64,000 nucleotides of DNA from Octopus vulgaris (GCA_951406725.2 OX597816.1:2790001-2854000); one strand, 5' to 3'. Positions 38,022-52,859 are shown, numbered from the stretch's first letter. A program made the numbers and translations. Notes: a model not told the origin generated them from the letters alone.

Positions 38022-39297
38022 GAGGCTTTGATAAGTAAACCGACATAGGGTGTGTGAGTGGTGGTAAGTAAGTAATAAAACGTGGTTGAAACGTTTGATA
38101 GGCGTGGGAGCATTTTGTCCAATCGGCTTGTTTGATTGTTTGTAGAGTGATGGCCAGAAATACGCCACTCGAGTCATACAGCCAGAACGGAACCGAAAAA
38201 CCAATTTTGGCAGAGATTGATTATACAATTTCATAGCTGTATGCATTCCTCACGAGATCAACAAATATACGTTGCTCTAAGTCAACTCTGTTGGAAAATA
38301 GACACTCAACACTATTGAAGTGAACTTTGTGAATAACAAATTGTGTTATGAGAGTCGGCCGTTTAAAGTTCGCTCTAATGGAATATGGTGAGGGCGCGTG
38401 CAGATACACAAACATACATACAGCATGCACACACAAAGATAAATATTTCTCTCGCTCTCTTATGTGTGTGTGTGTGTGTGTGTGTAGACTCCAAGACAAC
38501 TAATTCTGAATCGATTCCCAATCGAACCAATCATTTCACGTAACATACACCTCGTGACTGCCCATCCGCTCCATTGAACTCAGCAATCCGTAAAATTATC
38601 GATGTTTGCGACTGAGATAGTAAAATATACGCCACTGTGGAAACTGTCGGGGAATGGATTTCAAGAAACGGTTTCGGTTCCTAGATAAACCCAATTCATT
38701 CCCTCTTGGAAAATCTTGCTTCCTGCCAATACTTCACTTTCATAAATTCCAATTCATTACGTAGAGAAGAAATATTAGAACCAACAGCATACTCACGTTA
38801 CGGACGATGCATTATTTATTAGGTCATTGCAGTTTTCAAGACAATCACGGGACCTTTTTTGTCACAAAGTGTCGACTCACATAACACAAAAGTCGTCTGA
38901 CAGTTGCGCATTCCAATAACAGCTTGGTTATACCAAGTGTCCCATATCTCAAGCAGTATTTGATAGGATATAAATGTCTAGATGCTGCATTAATTATTGG
39001 ACTCGTTTAAAATTTTACTTTGGTTGTTTTTAAACAGATTTACGTAAGCGTTTGTAGTTTTCTGTGCTGAGGGGGGGGGGGGCAGTTTGCTTTATATATT
39101 TTCGTTTTCCGAGAGCTACCCCCACTTTAATGAGAACACCAATCAATAATATTTATAAACAGTTTGCCCATAACGATACATGTGGTCTCATTAATTATCA
39201 GTTTGCCAGACATCAGCACGCAAATAATTCACTTGTTGATTTTTATAAACAAAATCCCAAGATCCCCCCACCCCGCCGTCCAGTGGGGTTGTAACTT

Positions 39298-39342
39298 TGA
39301 CTGAGGAGACATACAAACAGGTTGAAACACGGCGGTGTCTCA
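39298..39342 (+). ncRNA. type I hammerhead ribozyme candidate, complete core and looped stem III
   Basis: tga CTGAGGA gac atacaaacag gtt GAAA cac ggcg gtg TC tca; GUC cleavage triplet, predicted cut after 39339. Confidence 0.65.
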
Positions 39343-39688
39343 TATTTTCCTTATATTAATGAATCGTGTGTATTATGAATATACATCGACTGAAGAGAGA
39401 TGTTCTCTGATGACGAAAAATCAACAGCGATCGGCATACTCACGTTCGAATCTGTCAAGGTATTGAGAACGAATAGATCACGCTTTTGTTGCCCGTAATG
39501 ATTTTAATATAAAGAAAGCCCCGTCGCACGAATCGATAAATCAAATGAAATCATTAATTGGGAACTTTCTTCAGTGCCTGGTGGTATTTCAGACACATTG
39601 TTTTTGTTAACATCACAGATAAATGGAGGAATAAATAAATTAACGAATGGCAGCCAACGAGATAAAGAATAGTAAAAAATATCAATAT

Positions 39689-39729
<41 letters not shown>

Positions 39730-39827
39730 CATATACATATATATACACACATACACATATGTACATACACGTACGTACACAAACATTCGCACGCATACGT
39801 GTAGGTATGTATGTATATATGTACATA

Positions 39828-39869
<42 letters not shown>

Positions 39870-40875
39870 CATACGTTCATGTATGTTTATATGTGTACGT
39901 CTATATAAGTGTTTGCAACGGATTTGCTGTACCTGCAAAAATTGGCAGCAAACCAGGTTATAATTGAACAATATGGCTATTATATTCATGACAGCTATGG
40001 AAAATATTAATAATTTAAACTGCTCTTCGTGGCAACAACACAAACATAATACATTCTACTGCATTATCATAAATAAGAAATAAGCCGCACCCCCCCCCAT
40101 CCATCCATCCACCCCGTCTCTCTATCTTTATTACAACCCATTAATATAAAACATATTACTCGACCATAGAAAAACCATCGCCAATGTAGAAGGTTTCTGG
40201 AAAGCAGTTACCAAAACTCTGAGTGATTTTGTCTTGAAACTCTCTCTCTCTCTCCTTTCGTTATTTGCTACGTTTTTTTATAGATGTTAGCGGAATATTC
40301 ATAAATGTCTGGAAATAGCCATTAAATTCGTGATAAATTGTTTTATCCATAATTTGTCGTGCATTTTTCATTAAAACATAATATTATAAATGCGAAATTC
40401 GAATTAGGTTTGTCAAGTTTCGAATGGAATGAATTAAGGAAGAATATTAAGTGAAAACTCTCCTTTAAAAGCAGATAGCTTCTCTCTCTCTCACTCTCTT
40501 TCTCTCTTGTCCTCCCTCTGTTCTTCTCCCTTTCTCTCTCTCTCTCACTCTATTTCTCTCACGTCTTCCCACTTTTCCTCTCCCCTTCTCTCTCTCTGTG
40601 ACGTAAACAAACCCTGATTATGACAGCAGCTGTTCGTTAAATAATTCATATCCAAGACATAATACTCTGTTCTTAATCGTAACGATGGAGCATCGGTGGA
40701 TTGCAAGCAAATCTCCCTTCAAACCAAAAGCCTTCTCGATTGGAAAGGGAAGAAAAAAAAGGTACACTGCATAATGTAGTCCGTGGTACACTATTCCTGA
40801 AAAGGGGACAATATACTCATAGCCAAACTCTTTTGATCATAGGTCTGGTGGAGGAGAGTTGAGACAGGGTTAAAC

Positions 40876-41130
40876 ACCAGCATCATCACCACCACCAACA
40901 CCACCACAACCACCAACACCACCACAACCACCAACACCACCACAACCACCACCACCACAACCACCACCACCACCACAACCACCACCACCACCACAACCAC
41001 CACCACCACAACCATCACCACCACCAACAATAACAAAAACAAACAACAGCGTCACCACTGTCACAATCATCATTACCATCATCGTCACCCCACTCACCAC
41101 CACCACCATCATCATAATCATCAACAACGA
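40876..41130. repeat. (CAC/CAA/CAT)n trinucleotide tract
   Basis: Directly visible. Confidence 0.9.
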
Positions 41131-41400
41131 TATCATTTAAAAAAAAATACTTTTTGTTACATACTGAAAGAATATAAAACAATGTTGACCCTGGCGTGAA
41201 TTGAACTGCCGCACCACGAAACACCGAGCAAGAAACCAGAAAGTCCCTTGGCTGATTCTCAACTTTCTCAATCGCTTCCATAACATTATGAATTGTTTAT
41301 TCTAACATAGACGTGGCTTTGGTTGTGTTCTGATCGTTGGATCTTGTCCCAACTTTTACATAAGTCATTTAAAAAAGGGTCTTTCTTTGGTCCCCATATA

Positions 41401-41628
41401 TATTTCTTTACTACCCACAAGGGGCTAAACACAGAGGGGACAGACAAATGGATTAAGTCGATTACATCGACCCCAGTGCGTAACTGGTACTTAATTTATC
41501 GACCCCGAAAGGATGAAAGGCAAAGTCGACCTCGGCGGAATTTGAACTCGGAACACAACGTAGCGGCGGACGAAATAACGCAAAGCATTTCGCCCGGCGT
41601 GCTAACGTTTCTGCCAGCTCCTCGCCGC
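41401..41628 (-). mobile_element. Nin-domain SINE with 16-bp TSD
   Basis: ctttggtccccatata at 41385-41400 and 41629-41644; homologous to 8215-8449. Confidence 0.85.
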
Positions 41629-43629
41629 CTTTGGTCCCCATATAAATGAGTGAAACACCTCAAATAGTCGGACATCTTTTGTGAATCCCTGAAACATCTT
41701 AGTTTCACGCCTTTGTATTTTCACAGGAATGGAGATCGCGGCAATAATTTCATCGAACTTTTATCGATTACTCTGATATATTCTTGTTCGAGCACAAAAT
41801 TGCCATCTTCGCCGTCTTTTTACAATTTTATTACCAGCTTAATTAACCGGACAATATGGGCGGGGCTAAGAATTTCGCTTCCCAGTCGGGCGATTTCAAG
41901 TTCAATCCCGCAACGTGACATCTTGGACAAGTGCCTTCTATTATAACTCCAACCCTATCAAAGCCTTGTGGATGGATCTGGTGGGCGGAAACTGAAAGAA
42001 GCCTCTCATATGTGTGCGTGCGTGCGTGCGTGCATGTGTTTGTGTCTCCTTTTCTTGACGATAGATAAAAACAAGTGTGACTGCCAAACAAGTAGAGTTC
42101 TTCGTTTCTCGTCTTTCGGGAAAACGTGTCCAGCTATGAGGAAGTGTTACTTAGGAAATAGGTAAGGGTTGGCGACAGGAAGGGCATCCAGCCGTGAAAA
42201 ACTTGCCTCAACGATTTCCAATTGACCCGCGCAAGCATGGGAAAGTGGACGTTAAACCAACGATGATGATGGAATATTCAGGTCTCGTCTGAGTCACGGC
42301 AGCACTCCTGAAACTAAGATTCCTTGCGTATATGTCAAGAATCAAAGTACACCCAGCTCATTCAATGGAGTAAAGCCTTAGAGAGAAAAGGGACAGGACT
42401 GCTCTCGGGATCCTGAAGGAGGGTTGCCTCCTTTGAAAATCCAGGGGAACTGTGAAGTTGCTTATTTTCTTTATGTAGGAGAGATCTGGGCAAAGAGTAA
42501 CGAATTCTTTCTTCATTTTCTCTTACCGGACCAATGTTCCGGCTGGAACCACTTTTCAAAAGCCCTGAAGTTGCAATTCCAAAATATGTTTAGTAATTGC
42601 TGTATGTAAAATGCCACGAATTAAGGCCATGTTTTATAAGCGTTTCAGTTTGTATGTTTTCTTTTGTATAGTTTTGTTATTTTTGTTTTTCTTTTCTACT
42701 GTTATTACAACTATTTCTGTATATTTAAAAATGAAAAACAAAAATGTGACACGAAATACAATAAAATAGATTGAGAGAGTTAAGATGGGTGTTAACATTG
42801 AGATGATATGCAATATTCATGGAATTAAAACTGCGTAGTAATCAAGCGCTAAGCAATGAGTTGGGTGGTGGTGGGCAAAACTGGATGGCAATATGTGAAA
42901 AGACATTTGAAATATTTATAAATAGAAAAAAAAACAAGTCAAAGTAAACGAAGAATAAACATGAAATATTAATATCTGTATAAAGTCATGAAAATAGATT
43001 GTAAAATGGGAACAAAGAAAAACATTAGCAACGAAATGGAGTCAGGATTATAATTAGACAAAGCGACTGCGCCTCTGTAAAGGGGTATAAAATTACATCA
43101 GAGGTGACCAGTTTTCTTTGCTCTCCTTTGGGGCTCTTTACCCTAAAAAAAATGTTTCTAATATTGAGAAGTTTATATTTTACTTTTTATATTTTAACCG
43201 AGGAAGTTTCATTGGGAAGAGTTTGTCGTGTATCTCACAAATTAGCAGCAAAGCATCAGAACGTGAAGCTGGAATGGTATTTTCTTTTATTGCACAGAAT
43301 TGTGGATAATAAAAGAACTCCTCGATACGCAATATCTAAAAATAAGGAATTATGGATTTGTCAATTTTAACGACTAGCATAAAATCACATTGCCCTCTAT
43401 CAAATGCACCCTCACTTCGCTAAGGGTTTTTTTTGTGTCTATGTATTGCAAGTTACTTGGTGACCTCAGTCGTGCCAGTGTCACAAAGAAAAGCACTCAG
43501 TATGCACGGCAAAATGGTTACCGTTTGGAAGGGCATCAATCCATAGGATCCACGCCAAAGCTGATATTGGAGCTCGTCTCAGTACTGCAGCTCGCCGGAT
43601 CCAGTAAAGAAAGAACGGTTTGGAAGGAG

Positions 43630-44100
43630 GAAGAAAATACTGAAGGCGACACCGTGCGATGCAAAGTATTCATTTAGCTGGACGAGAAGGTTTTCGCTGC
43701 GGAGTCTGTGGCCAAGTACCAAAACGACAGGATTTATACCACTTCATCCAAAAACATCCCGAAAGTGATAGAACACATTCCAGGCGACAGAAACCAACTG
43801 GTGCCATAGGTGGGGCTGTTGTTGCTTCTGATGGCTTGAAATTATTCTTGCTGTTCATTGAAGAAGGCGTCAAAGTGAATAGCAGACTTTACCAGCAAAC
43901 GTTGGAGAGAGGTTTGCTGCCCTGATTGTCAACCACGTTTCGAAGTCGCTATGTCTTCCTTCAAGAACTGGTCCAAGAGACATTTCTGTGGATTTTTTGA
44001 CAAGGCCATTTGGTCTCCACCAAGCCCTGATATTAATCGTATGGATTTTGCGATGTTGTCCCGTGTTGGAGACCGATGTTTCCCGTATCTCATTCAGATG
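43630..44100 (+). pseudogene. decayed Tc1/mariner (DD..D, maT-like) transposase catalytic region
   Basis: LDEKVF....QNDRIY (D codon at 43681); RRQKP; V.SDG...L.FIEEGVKVNS..Y; FF.K.IWSPPSPDINRMDF. The second-Asp region is deleted. Confidence 0.8.
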
Positions 44101-45964
44101 TTAGCTACGCAGGTATTTATTTCAAAAGATTTACTTTTAATTAGAATAATGTTTGATAACAGAAGTCGAAGTCGACTCTACCAGGATTTGAGAATTCCGC
44201 CGAGTCTAAAGCATTTTAACGGTACTCGGCCATTTCTGAATCGTAATCTTCGTTTAATAGAATGAAAAATGATTTCATACAGCGGAAGACTCCCAGATTT
44301 GAAAGGGTGAAGGGGCTGTAGTCAATGAAATCTACGCCAGTATATAACTGGTACCTATTCTGTCAATGCAAGATGGTTGAAGGTTAAAGCGTTTCGACGC
44401 AGCATCGTTTCTTGCCGCCAAGCGCTGCGTTTAGAAGATTAACGCCAAGGATGTAAGATTAATCGAATAAAAACAAAAATTCAAAGAAAGAGAAATGAAT
44501 TGAATGTAACTGGATTTGTGTTTGGAGTAAAGAGGAGAAGGAGGAGAGAGAGAGAGAGTGAAAATATGCGAGAAAAAGGAACTCCTGTGTTGTTATGGCG
44601 GATTCATGATATAAAAGGGACGAAGGAGGAAGCGGAGGGATGAGTTTGAGGATTCCGAGCTGTGGGTGGGGGGAGTTAACTGTCGGACACGAGTAAAGAA
44701 GAAGAAATAGTAAATGGTGGCTGAGTTGGTGCATGAGCTGGCTTGTGGTGGTGGTGGGGGGGGTTATGTGAAGGCATAACAGCATGTATGTGTGGGGGGT
44801 GAATGAACGGGAAGGCTGAGCAATATGCGTAAGAGTTGGGGGGGGTGGAGGAAATTGAAAGAAGACGAGAAAGAATTGTTGGAAATATAAACAGTTGCTG
44901 AGACTAGGGAGAGGTCTTGCTCAGCCAAGTGAAATGTGGGGTCAGTTTAAAAGGGCCCAGGGATGTTAGAACATACACCAAACAGATATTCTTTGAAGTA
45001 ATTTTTCTTGCGTCCACCCGCTTCAATATGATAAGGAGGCATTTACTCGAAATAATGATAATTTCGTTTTCCTTATGGCAAATACAAATATTTTTACATT
45101 ACATTTATTTTCTTTCCTTTGGGTTCCTTTTTTCCCAACGAAGATCCACAACGGGAATTCTGCATTCTGGATGTTAGCTCCAAGGGAAATATTTAACAAC
45201 TGCTAAGCTTGAATTCAGGATTAACGTTCAAAGGAATTTTAGGAACACTTGAAAAACTGTCATTTTTTAAATTAAATTCATCCAATTTATGAAGTTTCTG
45301 TTTTATGGCTGCAACTAGAAACCCACTTCGATAATATTTTATAGATTCGAGGTGTTCACTTGAAGTAAACTGAAGCTTCCCAGTTCACTATATGGAACGC
45401 AATTGTTTGTACATTTTTCTCTTCAAAACAAAAGGCAAATATTTAAATCCGACAATTTGTGAGATGTCAATTTTGTAACAGTTTCTCGAAGCACAGCAAT
45501 ATAACAAACTGCTGACGTGTTCTGTTGATATCAGACAAGACATTTATATCGTTTAGACGTTGAGTTCAACAAACAACAAACCAGATTCTAGAAATAGTTC
45601 ACAGTCATTTTTACATGCAATTATTTTTTATTTATTTATTTAATTTTCTCAATCCTTAACATTGTGTTTTAACTATCTTCTTAAATTTCCTATGAATATA
45701 TTGAGGTCTTACGATTAGGCATAAAGTTCATTTCTGCACCGATTGGAACGATCTTGAATAACGCTGGTTCTTATTTTATTGACTTTGGAGAGAGAAAAAA
45801 ACAATAAAGTCGATTCTGGCAACTCAGAATTTAAAGAGGCAAAACTCTAAACTGCACTTCAGTGCTTCGTTTCATAAAATAATTGAAGAATGATAATTCA
45901 ATAATTCACTCCCCCCACCCCTCGAAATTCCTTCTTTTCATTATACTTTTCAACAACAGACGCA

Positions 45965-46342
45965 GTGGAGGCGCAATTGCCCAGTGGTTAGGGCAGCGGA
46001 CTCGCGGTCGGAGGATCGCGGTTTCGATTTCCAGACCAGGCGTTGTGTGTGTTTATTGACCGAAAACACCTAAGAGCTCCACGATGCTCCGACAGGGGGT
46101 GGTGGCGACCCCTGTTGTACTTTTTTTGCCCCAACTTTCTCTCTCACTCTTTCTTCCTGTTTCTTGTCCCCGACTTCCTACGCAATCGCTGAGCCTGGAT
46201 GTGCATTCATCCATCCGACGATGCTCTCGGTGTCGGGGGTTGACCTGCTTTATCTTCTGCGGGTCTTACGAATAGCAAAGGACCACGTTTCGGACTTCTC
46301 CCACTACAGACATGGGACGAAGACCGCTTCGCTCAACAAACA
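45965..46342 (+). mobile_element. full-length tRNA-derived SINE with 13-bp TSD and (CAAA)n tail
   Basis: TSD aacaacagacgca at 45952-45964 and 46343-46355; A/B boxes in the head. Confidence 0.85.
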
Positions 46343-49300
46343 AACAACAGACGCAAGTTGTGCACCGAGGTGCAAACGATGAAGGTAACCAGAATAAAGG
46401 GGAAAACCATTATCTACAGGAAGACACCGTTAATACCTGCCTAACTTTTTCTAGCACCACGCCATTGGCTAACAAAAACAAGGTTTTACTGTCGTACTCC
46501 GTATAACCAGTTTTACTGACATGTATGGGACAACACCACCCTCACCCCCACTAACAACAACAACACCTCCTCAACCAATTTCTTCAACTGTTTCATTGCA
46601 TTTTGTTTTGAGTATCGCTTTCGCTCTCCATATTAGGTTCTTGTCTGCTGGCTACATTCTTATAATCCAACAACATGGCCTTCACTCAACAAGACATTCC
46701 AACCTGACTGACGAGTTTGAAAGTAAAAAATGGCGCTAAATGCAGTCTATTATCGTTGCTTTGTTCCTTTTGCTGTTCGTTGCTGTTGCTTCTGATAGCA
46801 ATCTTGTAAAAAAAAGGAAGAAAAGAAAAAAACGAAAAAAGAAAAAAAAAACAGCCAACCCTGATTGCGAGGCTAGAGTTACAGATTCTTCTTCTTCTTC
46901 TCTTTTACTCTCTTTCGCTTTCTTGTTGCTCTCTCTCTCTCTTTTTCTTTCACTCTCCCCTATTTATCTATGTATCTGTTTATCTCTTCCCTGCATCCGT
47001 TCCTTCTTTCTCTCTCTACTTCTTTCTCCGTTTTTTGCCACCACCACCACCACCAACATCATCATACTATAATGATAATTACGATCATGATCATCATCCA
47101 ACTCACCTGCACCATCAGCAACAACAGCAGTACCATCAGCACCCCTCCCACCACCACCACCACCACCACCAGAAACCTTGATGATTTCGCGTGCGAGTAG
47201 ACGGGGGCGTCTGCTCTGGTACGAGTGAATGTGGTGTGGTATGTTGTGTGATGATAGTTGTTGAGATGAATCTTCTTGGTTGAAGGGTGGTGCTGATAAA
47301 CAAGAGATCTTTCTCGCCCTCAGCAAGTGGTCGTTGAAACAATAAATCACTGTACGATCTTTCACAAGAGTTCACGCCCTACAACCTAAATCTTTCTGGC
47401 AAGTCATCGTGTTGTTCCTCTATATTTAACTACTATATTATATTTAGAGCTTTAAGTACCCTATACTTACATATATTACATACTCCAAGGCTAAGTTTGA
47501 ATTTGAAATCTTTATTGCTACCATTGTTCCAATACTATTAACCACCGACTCACCTTTTTCTCCAGGCCCAATCTTAGAAACCCTATGACTGTCAGAAAAT
47601 ATTTTGCTTTCGAACCTGTCCAAAAACTAAATGTTTTCAAGCACCGAAATCCTACTGACTCTGGATAAAAATGCGGCTGATGAAATAGCTTTATCCATGT
47701 CTGTCTTTTTGTCCTTTTCGTATACGTCTTACACTGTTGTTTTGATACTTATTTGCAAATCTGGTTTACATAGGGGCGGGCAGACGACGAAGCGATTAAA
47801 ATATAACAAATAATTAAATAAAGAAAATAGTATCAAATGTTCAAAGGATATTTACTGTCATAACATCAATTAATTTCAGAATTATCGATAATTAATGAAC
47901 AAGCTCATTTGCAAGCGGCATATAATTACCATTTTATTGATTTGCTTTGATGTAATTATGAAAAAAAAAAAAAAGATAAAAGATAAAAGTCAAGCAGACA
48001 TTTTTTTTATGTAGTAGGAACCTCTACATTGTCAATCTGTTAGAAATAGCAGCTCAATCTTCCTTAAACCTTATCGTCTTTAAAAAAAAAAAGATTACAT
48101 ATTGGATAATGATGTATAATTATAATAATAAACAAAACGGTTATTCATAGCTGGAAAGTGTGATCTAAGAGGTCTGCTCGACCTGGTGTTGACCTGGTGT
48201 TAAACAGCAACATACAGTACGTTGAGACCCTAAACTCATCATGTTGTAAGGGCACCACTTGAAGATGCTGTCGAGACCATCGCATCTTGGAGAAACAATT
48301 GTCAGTGATATTGTATTAACGCAGCTCAAAGCGGTCGCCATCTTTTCCCAGCCCAATGCTGTCTTTACACTTAAGATGGACAGAATAAACGAGAATAGCG
48401 TACAGAATTTTGCGCCGATGATGGGATCCGAACCACCCGCCTTTATGTAGATATTCAATTTTCTATGTGAGCACAAGGTCAGACAAAGGATAGAAAAACG
48501 ACTGCATGACATTTAGGCTTTTTCCCAAGATTATTTGCAGCTTAAATGATGTAAATTGACTTCAAGAAAAAATCGAAACTGGACTCCGAAATGGTGTTTG
48601 TGGAGCCGACATCTTGTTTAATGACACTCGATACTCTTCACGCTTAAACTTTTACAGCCGTTTCTCGCACAGTCACACATTGTGTGAGGAAGAGTTTATA
48701 GTATGGTCCTTAAAAGGTTTGAAGATCAGTCTATCATAGGTGTAAAGATGCAGGGTGATCCTAAGGATTTGACTGCTGTGCTATAGATTCAAGCAGAGCC
48801 TAGAAAACGACAACAGTAACAACATCCACATATACGGAGGAAACATATGTCGTGACCTTAAAACCTTTTTACTTTTGTATTTTGTTTAAAAGTTCACAAA
48901 AATTCTCGACTGGGTTGGTTTGAAGGAAGAGACGATGCCGATGGCATTTGCTGCCTCTCTGGGACCAGTGAGTTCGGTGCCGTTGACAGCTGCATGTCAA
49001 TGTCAATGGTTACTGGAATACAATGCACAGAGAAGGAATTACAGCCGGCGAACATTCTAGGGAGGAAGGTCGAAGGAGTAAAAAGGGTTAGTGCTGGCTT
49101 GGGTGGTGGTGGTGGTGGTGGGGAGAACAGAAATATGGAAGAAAAAAAGAAAAGGAGACGAGTGAATGATTGGAGTAGGGTGGAAACGACACGAGACCAA
49201 CTGGTGTGAGTTTCAAGGAGCAGGTGCCGCTCTTGTAAAGGTCGAAAATAGTAGAGAGAGGGAGAGGGAGAGAAAGGGAGAGAGGGAGAGAAAGAGAGAG

Positions 49301-49453
49301 AGAAAGAGCATATTCACGGGCCAAAGATATTGAATATGATATACTCCGTTGCTCACTTATCTTTTTCATCACTTTCCATCTTTCCAAATGTCTGGTATTT
49401 CTCTCTCCACCCCTCCACCCCTGTCCTATATGTATTGTACATACGTATATATG

Positions 49454-49488
<35 letters not shown>

Positions 49489-49496
49489 TATATATT

Positions 49497-49734
49497 GGTA
49501 AAACGGTAAGATAACAAAAGAAAGAAAGAGACCTCAATATTATGTAAATAGAGGAAATTTATCTATAAAATAATATGTTACATTACTCGATAGTCAAGAT
49601 AAAACTCTGAGTTTCAGATGCCGAAGTGGAAATCCAAATAGCCAGATAACCGAAGAGATGACGTTGTGGATTCCCACTTCGGCATCTGAAACTCAGAGTT
49701 TTATCTTGACTATCGAGTAATGTAACATATTATT
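49497..49734. mobile_element. family A fold-back module with hammerhead at 49645-49705 (+)
   Basis: Arms 49569-49636 and 49667-49734 (one mismatch). Motif gataa CCGAAGA gatg...catct GAAA ctc a gag TT ttatc. (TA)n flanks; homologous to 1352-1644. Confidence 0.75.
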
Positions 49735-49736
49735 AT

Positions 49737-49771
<35 letters not shown>

Positions 49772-50300
49772 TTTGTTTGTCTATACATACGTAAAATAAC
49801 CTGGGTTTCGAAACTACAATCTTATGGTTCCGAGACCAACTGCTCAGCTGGTCGAATTGATCGTCCTATATATCAAAATATAAAGTCTTCATTGTGGATG
49901 CTCAATGCTGCTGGATGCTGTGTGTATCAAGTGGCTTTAGCAATTGAAACTGGCTGTTAAATAAATCAGTCAAAACACGAGGTGCCGGATCAAGACGATT
50001 GTTGAATTGATCTGTGGTTTGGTTACCTGTTCATGACAGCCTGATGAACTTAGCCAATAATGCATGTTTCAGAAGCTTGGACAGAACAAAAAAACAAAAC
50101 AGCAAATTTCAACTCATGAATAAAGAGAAAAATAACTTCAACTGTATTCCTCTCCGTCTCTCACTATCTCCTTTCTCTCCACCTCTGTCAGCTTCTCTTT
50201 CTCTCGTTTATGCGCGCGTACACATACATACATACATACATACATACATACATACATAGAAGGTGATAAATATAATATATTGACAATATAAGTTAATACA

Positions 50301-50331
<31 letters not shown>

Positions 50332-50718
50332 GTATATATATGTATATATATTACCGTACACAAACACTTGTCTACATGCTAATACTCTTTTTTTCTCTCT
50401 CTTTTCCACAGTCACACTCACGCTCTCTCTCCCCCTCTCTCCCCTATATATATTTTGTGTGTGAGTGTGTGTAGAAAAGGTGAAAGGGAAGATGAGGTAA
50501 TTATAATACCTTGTAAATCGAGCAGGCCGTGTGCTCTGAGTCTGAAGATTGTTAGGAGGCACAAGGCATGTTAGGAAAACCTGCCTTGATTCGCATTTTC
50601 AAAGCGTGAAACTATTGGTAGCTCGTATCTTTATATTGTGTACAGAGAATGATATTTATCTCTTTACTGCATGGAGAAAAACTTTTTTTTTGTTGATCTT
50701 ACCTTAACGGAACAGTAA

Positions 50719-50771
<53 letters not shown>

Positions 50772-51316
50772 TCACACACACGCATATATATATGTTGTCG
50801 AATACTCGAAATGACGAGTAGATAAACAGCCGACAATTGATGAAGGATCGTTCTTTGTGATACTTGTGCTGTTTTCTATTTCTTCTCCCGTTGTTTGCGT
50901 ATTTAACTCGTTTGTTTTCGTACTTCATGTTGTTTGCACAGTTGGTGACGTCCTGTACCCATATATGCATATATATGCATATATCTATATCTATAACTAT
51001 ATGTATGTATGTATGTATGTATACGTATATATGTGAGCGTGTGTGTTTGTGTGTGTCTCTATGCTAATCCGTACACCATTAATCAAAATAGGAAACAATG
51101 TTGACATTTATCTGCTTCTATTTGCCAAACTCAGATAACAATTGCTCCCGAAACAATAAAAACCAAAAATATTACCAGAAAATTAATAAAACAAAACATA
51201 AATAAATAAATTGTACTAGAAATATAAAAATTCGAAACAAGCTTCCATTCTCAAACTTGGCTTCAAGCCAGCACCACAAAGTTTTGAGTGTATTTACACA
51301 CACGATCTCGGTCACA

Positions 51317-51361
<45 letters not shown>

Positions 51362-51479
51362 ATAGGCGCAGGCGTGTCTGTGTGGTTTTAGTTTTCTTCT
51401 TAATAGCGGGGTTTCAGGATCAGTTCTACTGCGTGGCATCTTGAGCCGACCAAAGCGTTGTGGGTGGATTTTGTATATA

Positions 51480-51739
51480 CAATAATCCTTCGACTATCCC
51501 GGGTGTTACGTTCCAAATTGTCCTCCTCCACCACCACCACCACCACCGCAATAGGTGAAAATTCGCGAAGTAGAAACAGTACTGTGCTGTATATTTTTTG
51601 TTATTATTTTTATAATTTGTGTATATTTATTTTATTATACATGCAAAACAACACCACAGATGAATCGACGTAAGCTTGAATAATAAACCGCGATAGGGAA
51701 ACCGCGATAGGTGAACCGCCATATGGCGAGAGATTACTG
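51480..51739. mobile_element. Tigger/pogo-type MITE
   Basis: TA flanks; imperfect TIRs caataatccttcgactat and cagtaatctctcgccatat; internal ccgcgatagg repeats. Confidence 0.7.
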
Positions 51740-51798
51740 TATGTATATGTGTGTTCATAGGTACGTTTATAAATATACGCATTTGTATATATGTATGC

Positions 51799-51837
<39 letters not shown>

Positions 51838-52027
51838 TAATTAATCAATATAAGGGTAGCAAAAAATTCAATAGAAATGTTTTCGCCACCAGCGGTCTAG
51901 TGAGAAAGAGAAAATAGTCGCAGACTATATAATATACATTCAACAATGATATTAAGGAATGGCCCTCGGGGCCATTCCTTAATATTGTTGAAATATATAT
52001 ATATATATACATGTATGTGTGTGTGTA

Positions 52028-52248
52028 TTCTTTTACTCTTTTACTTGTTTCAGTCATTTGATTGTGGCCATGCTGGAGCACCGCCTTTAATCGAACAAAC
52101 CCAGGACTTATTCTTTGTAAGCCTAGTACTTATTCTCTCGGTCTCTTTTGCTGCACCGTTAAGTTATGGGGACGTAAACACACCAACATCAGTTGTCAAA
52201 CGATGGTGGGGGACAAACAGAGGCACAAAAATACACACACACATACCC

Positions 52249-52293
<45 letters not shown>

Positions 52294-52456
52294 CGACGGG
52301 ATTCTTTCAGTTTCCGTCTACCAAATCCACTCCCAAGGCTTTGGTCTGCCTCAGGCTATAGTAAAAGACGCTTGGCCAGGGTGATACGCAGTGGGACTGA
52401 ACCCGGAACCATTTGGCTGGTTAGCAAGTTTCTTACCACACAACCACACCTGCGCA
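52028..52456 (-). mobile_element. full-length SINE (ggcgcaggtgtggttgtgtggtaag family)
   Basis: Homologous to 62078-62443 and 9065-9525. Confidence 0.85.
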
Positions 52457-52474
52457 TATATATATATATATATA

Positions 52475-52859
52475 CTAGCAGTATCGCCCGGCGTTGCTCA
52501 GGTTTGTAAGGGAAATAACTATAAAGCATTTTTAGAGAGTTATAGCCAAAAAATAGCAAAAAAATGGAAAAAAATGATGGTAAATTTTTTTTGAGAGTTA
52601 AAAAAGGATGGAGTTGCGTCCCCTAGACAGTTTGTGGTTCATGTTTCTGATTCTCGACCCCATGTCGAATTTATCGATTTTTTTCAGAACTGGGGGAACT
52701 TTTTAAAATTTTGGCTGCGTTAGTTTTGAATTATGACATTGGGCTATGTGTGTGTCAAGTTTCATCAGAATCGGTTGAAAGCCGTGGTCAGGGTGAGGGT
52801 ACAAGCAAACATACACACAGAAACACGCACAGACAAACTGCCGTTTATATATAGAGAGA
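52475..52859 (-). mobile_element. non-autonomous Helitron (subfamily 2)
   Basis: Minus-strand 5' TC (tctctctatatataaacggcag) and 3' hairpin plus CTAG; homologous to 62951-63323. Confidence 0.85.

Noticed and set aside
39388-39425. CTGAAGA and CTGATGA-c-GAAA just downstream of the 39298 hammerhead
   Set aside because: Stem II is not followed by GAAA in the first and is absent in the second; no stem III.
50795-50860. GAAA...TA...TTGATGA arrangement suggestive of a permuted hammerhead
   Set aside because: Stems I and III cannot be paired convincingly.
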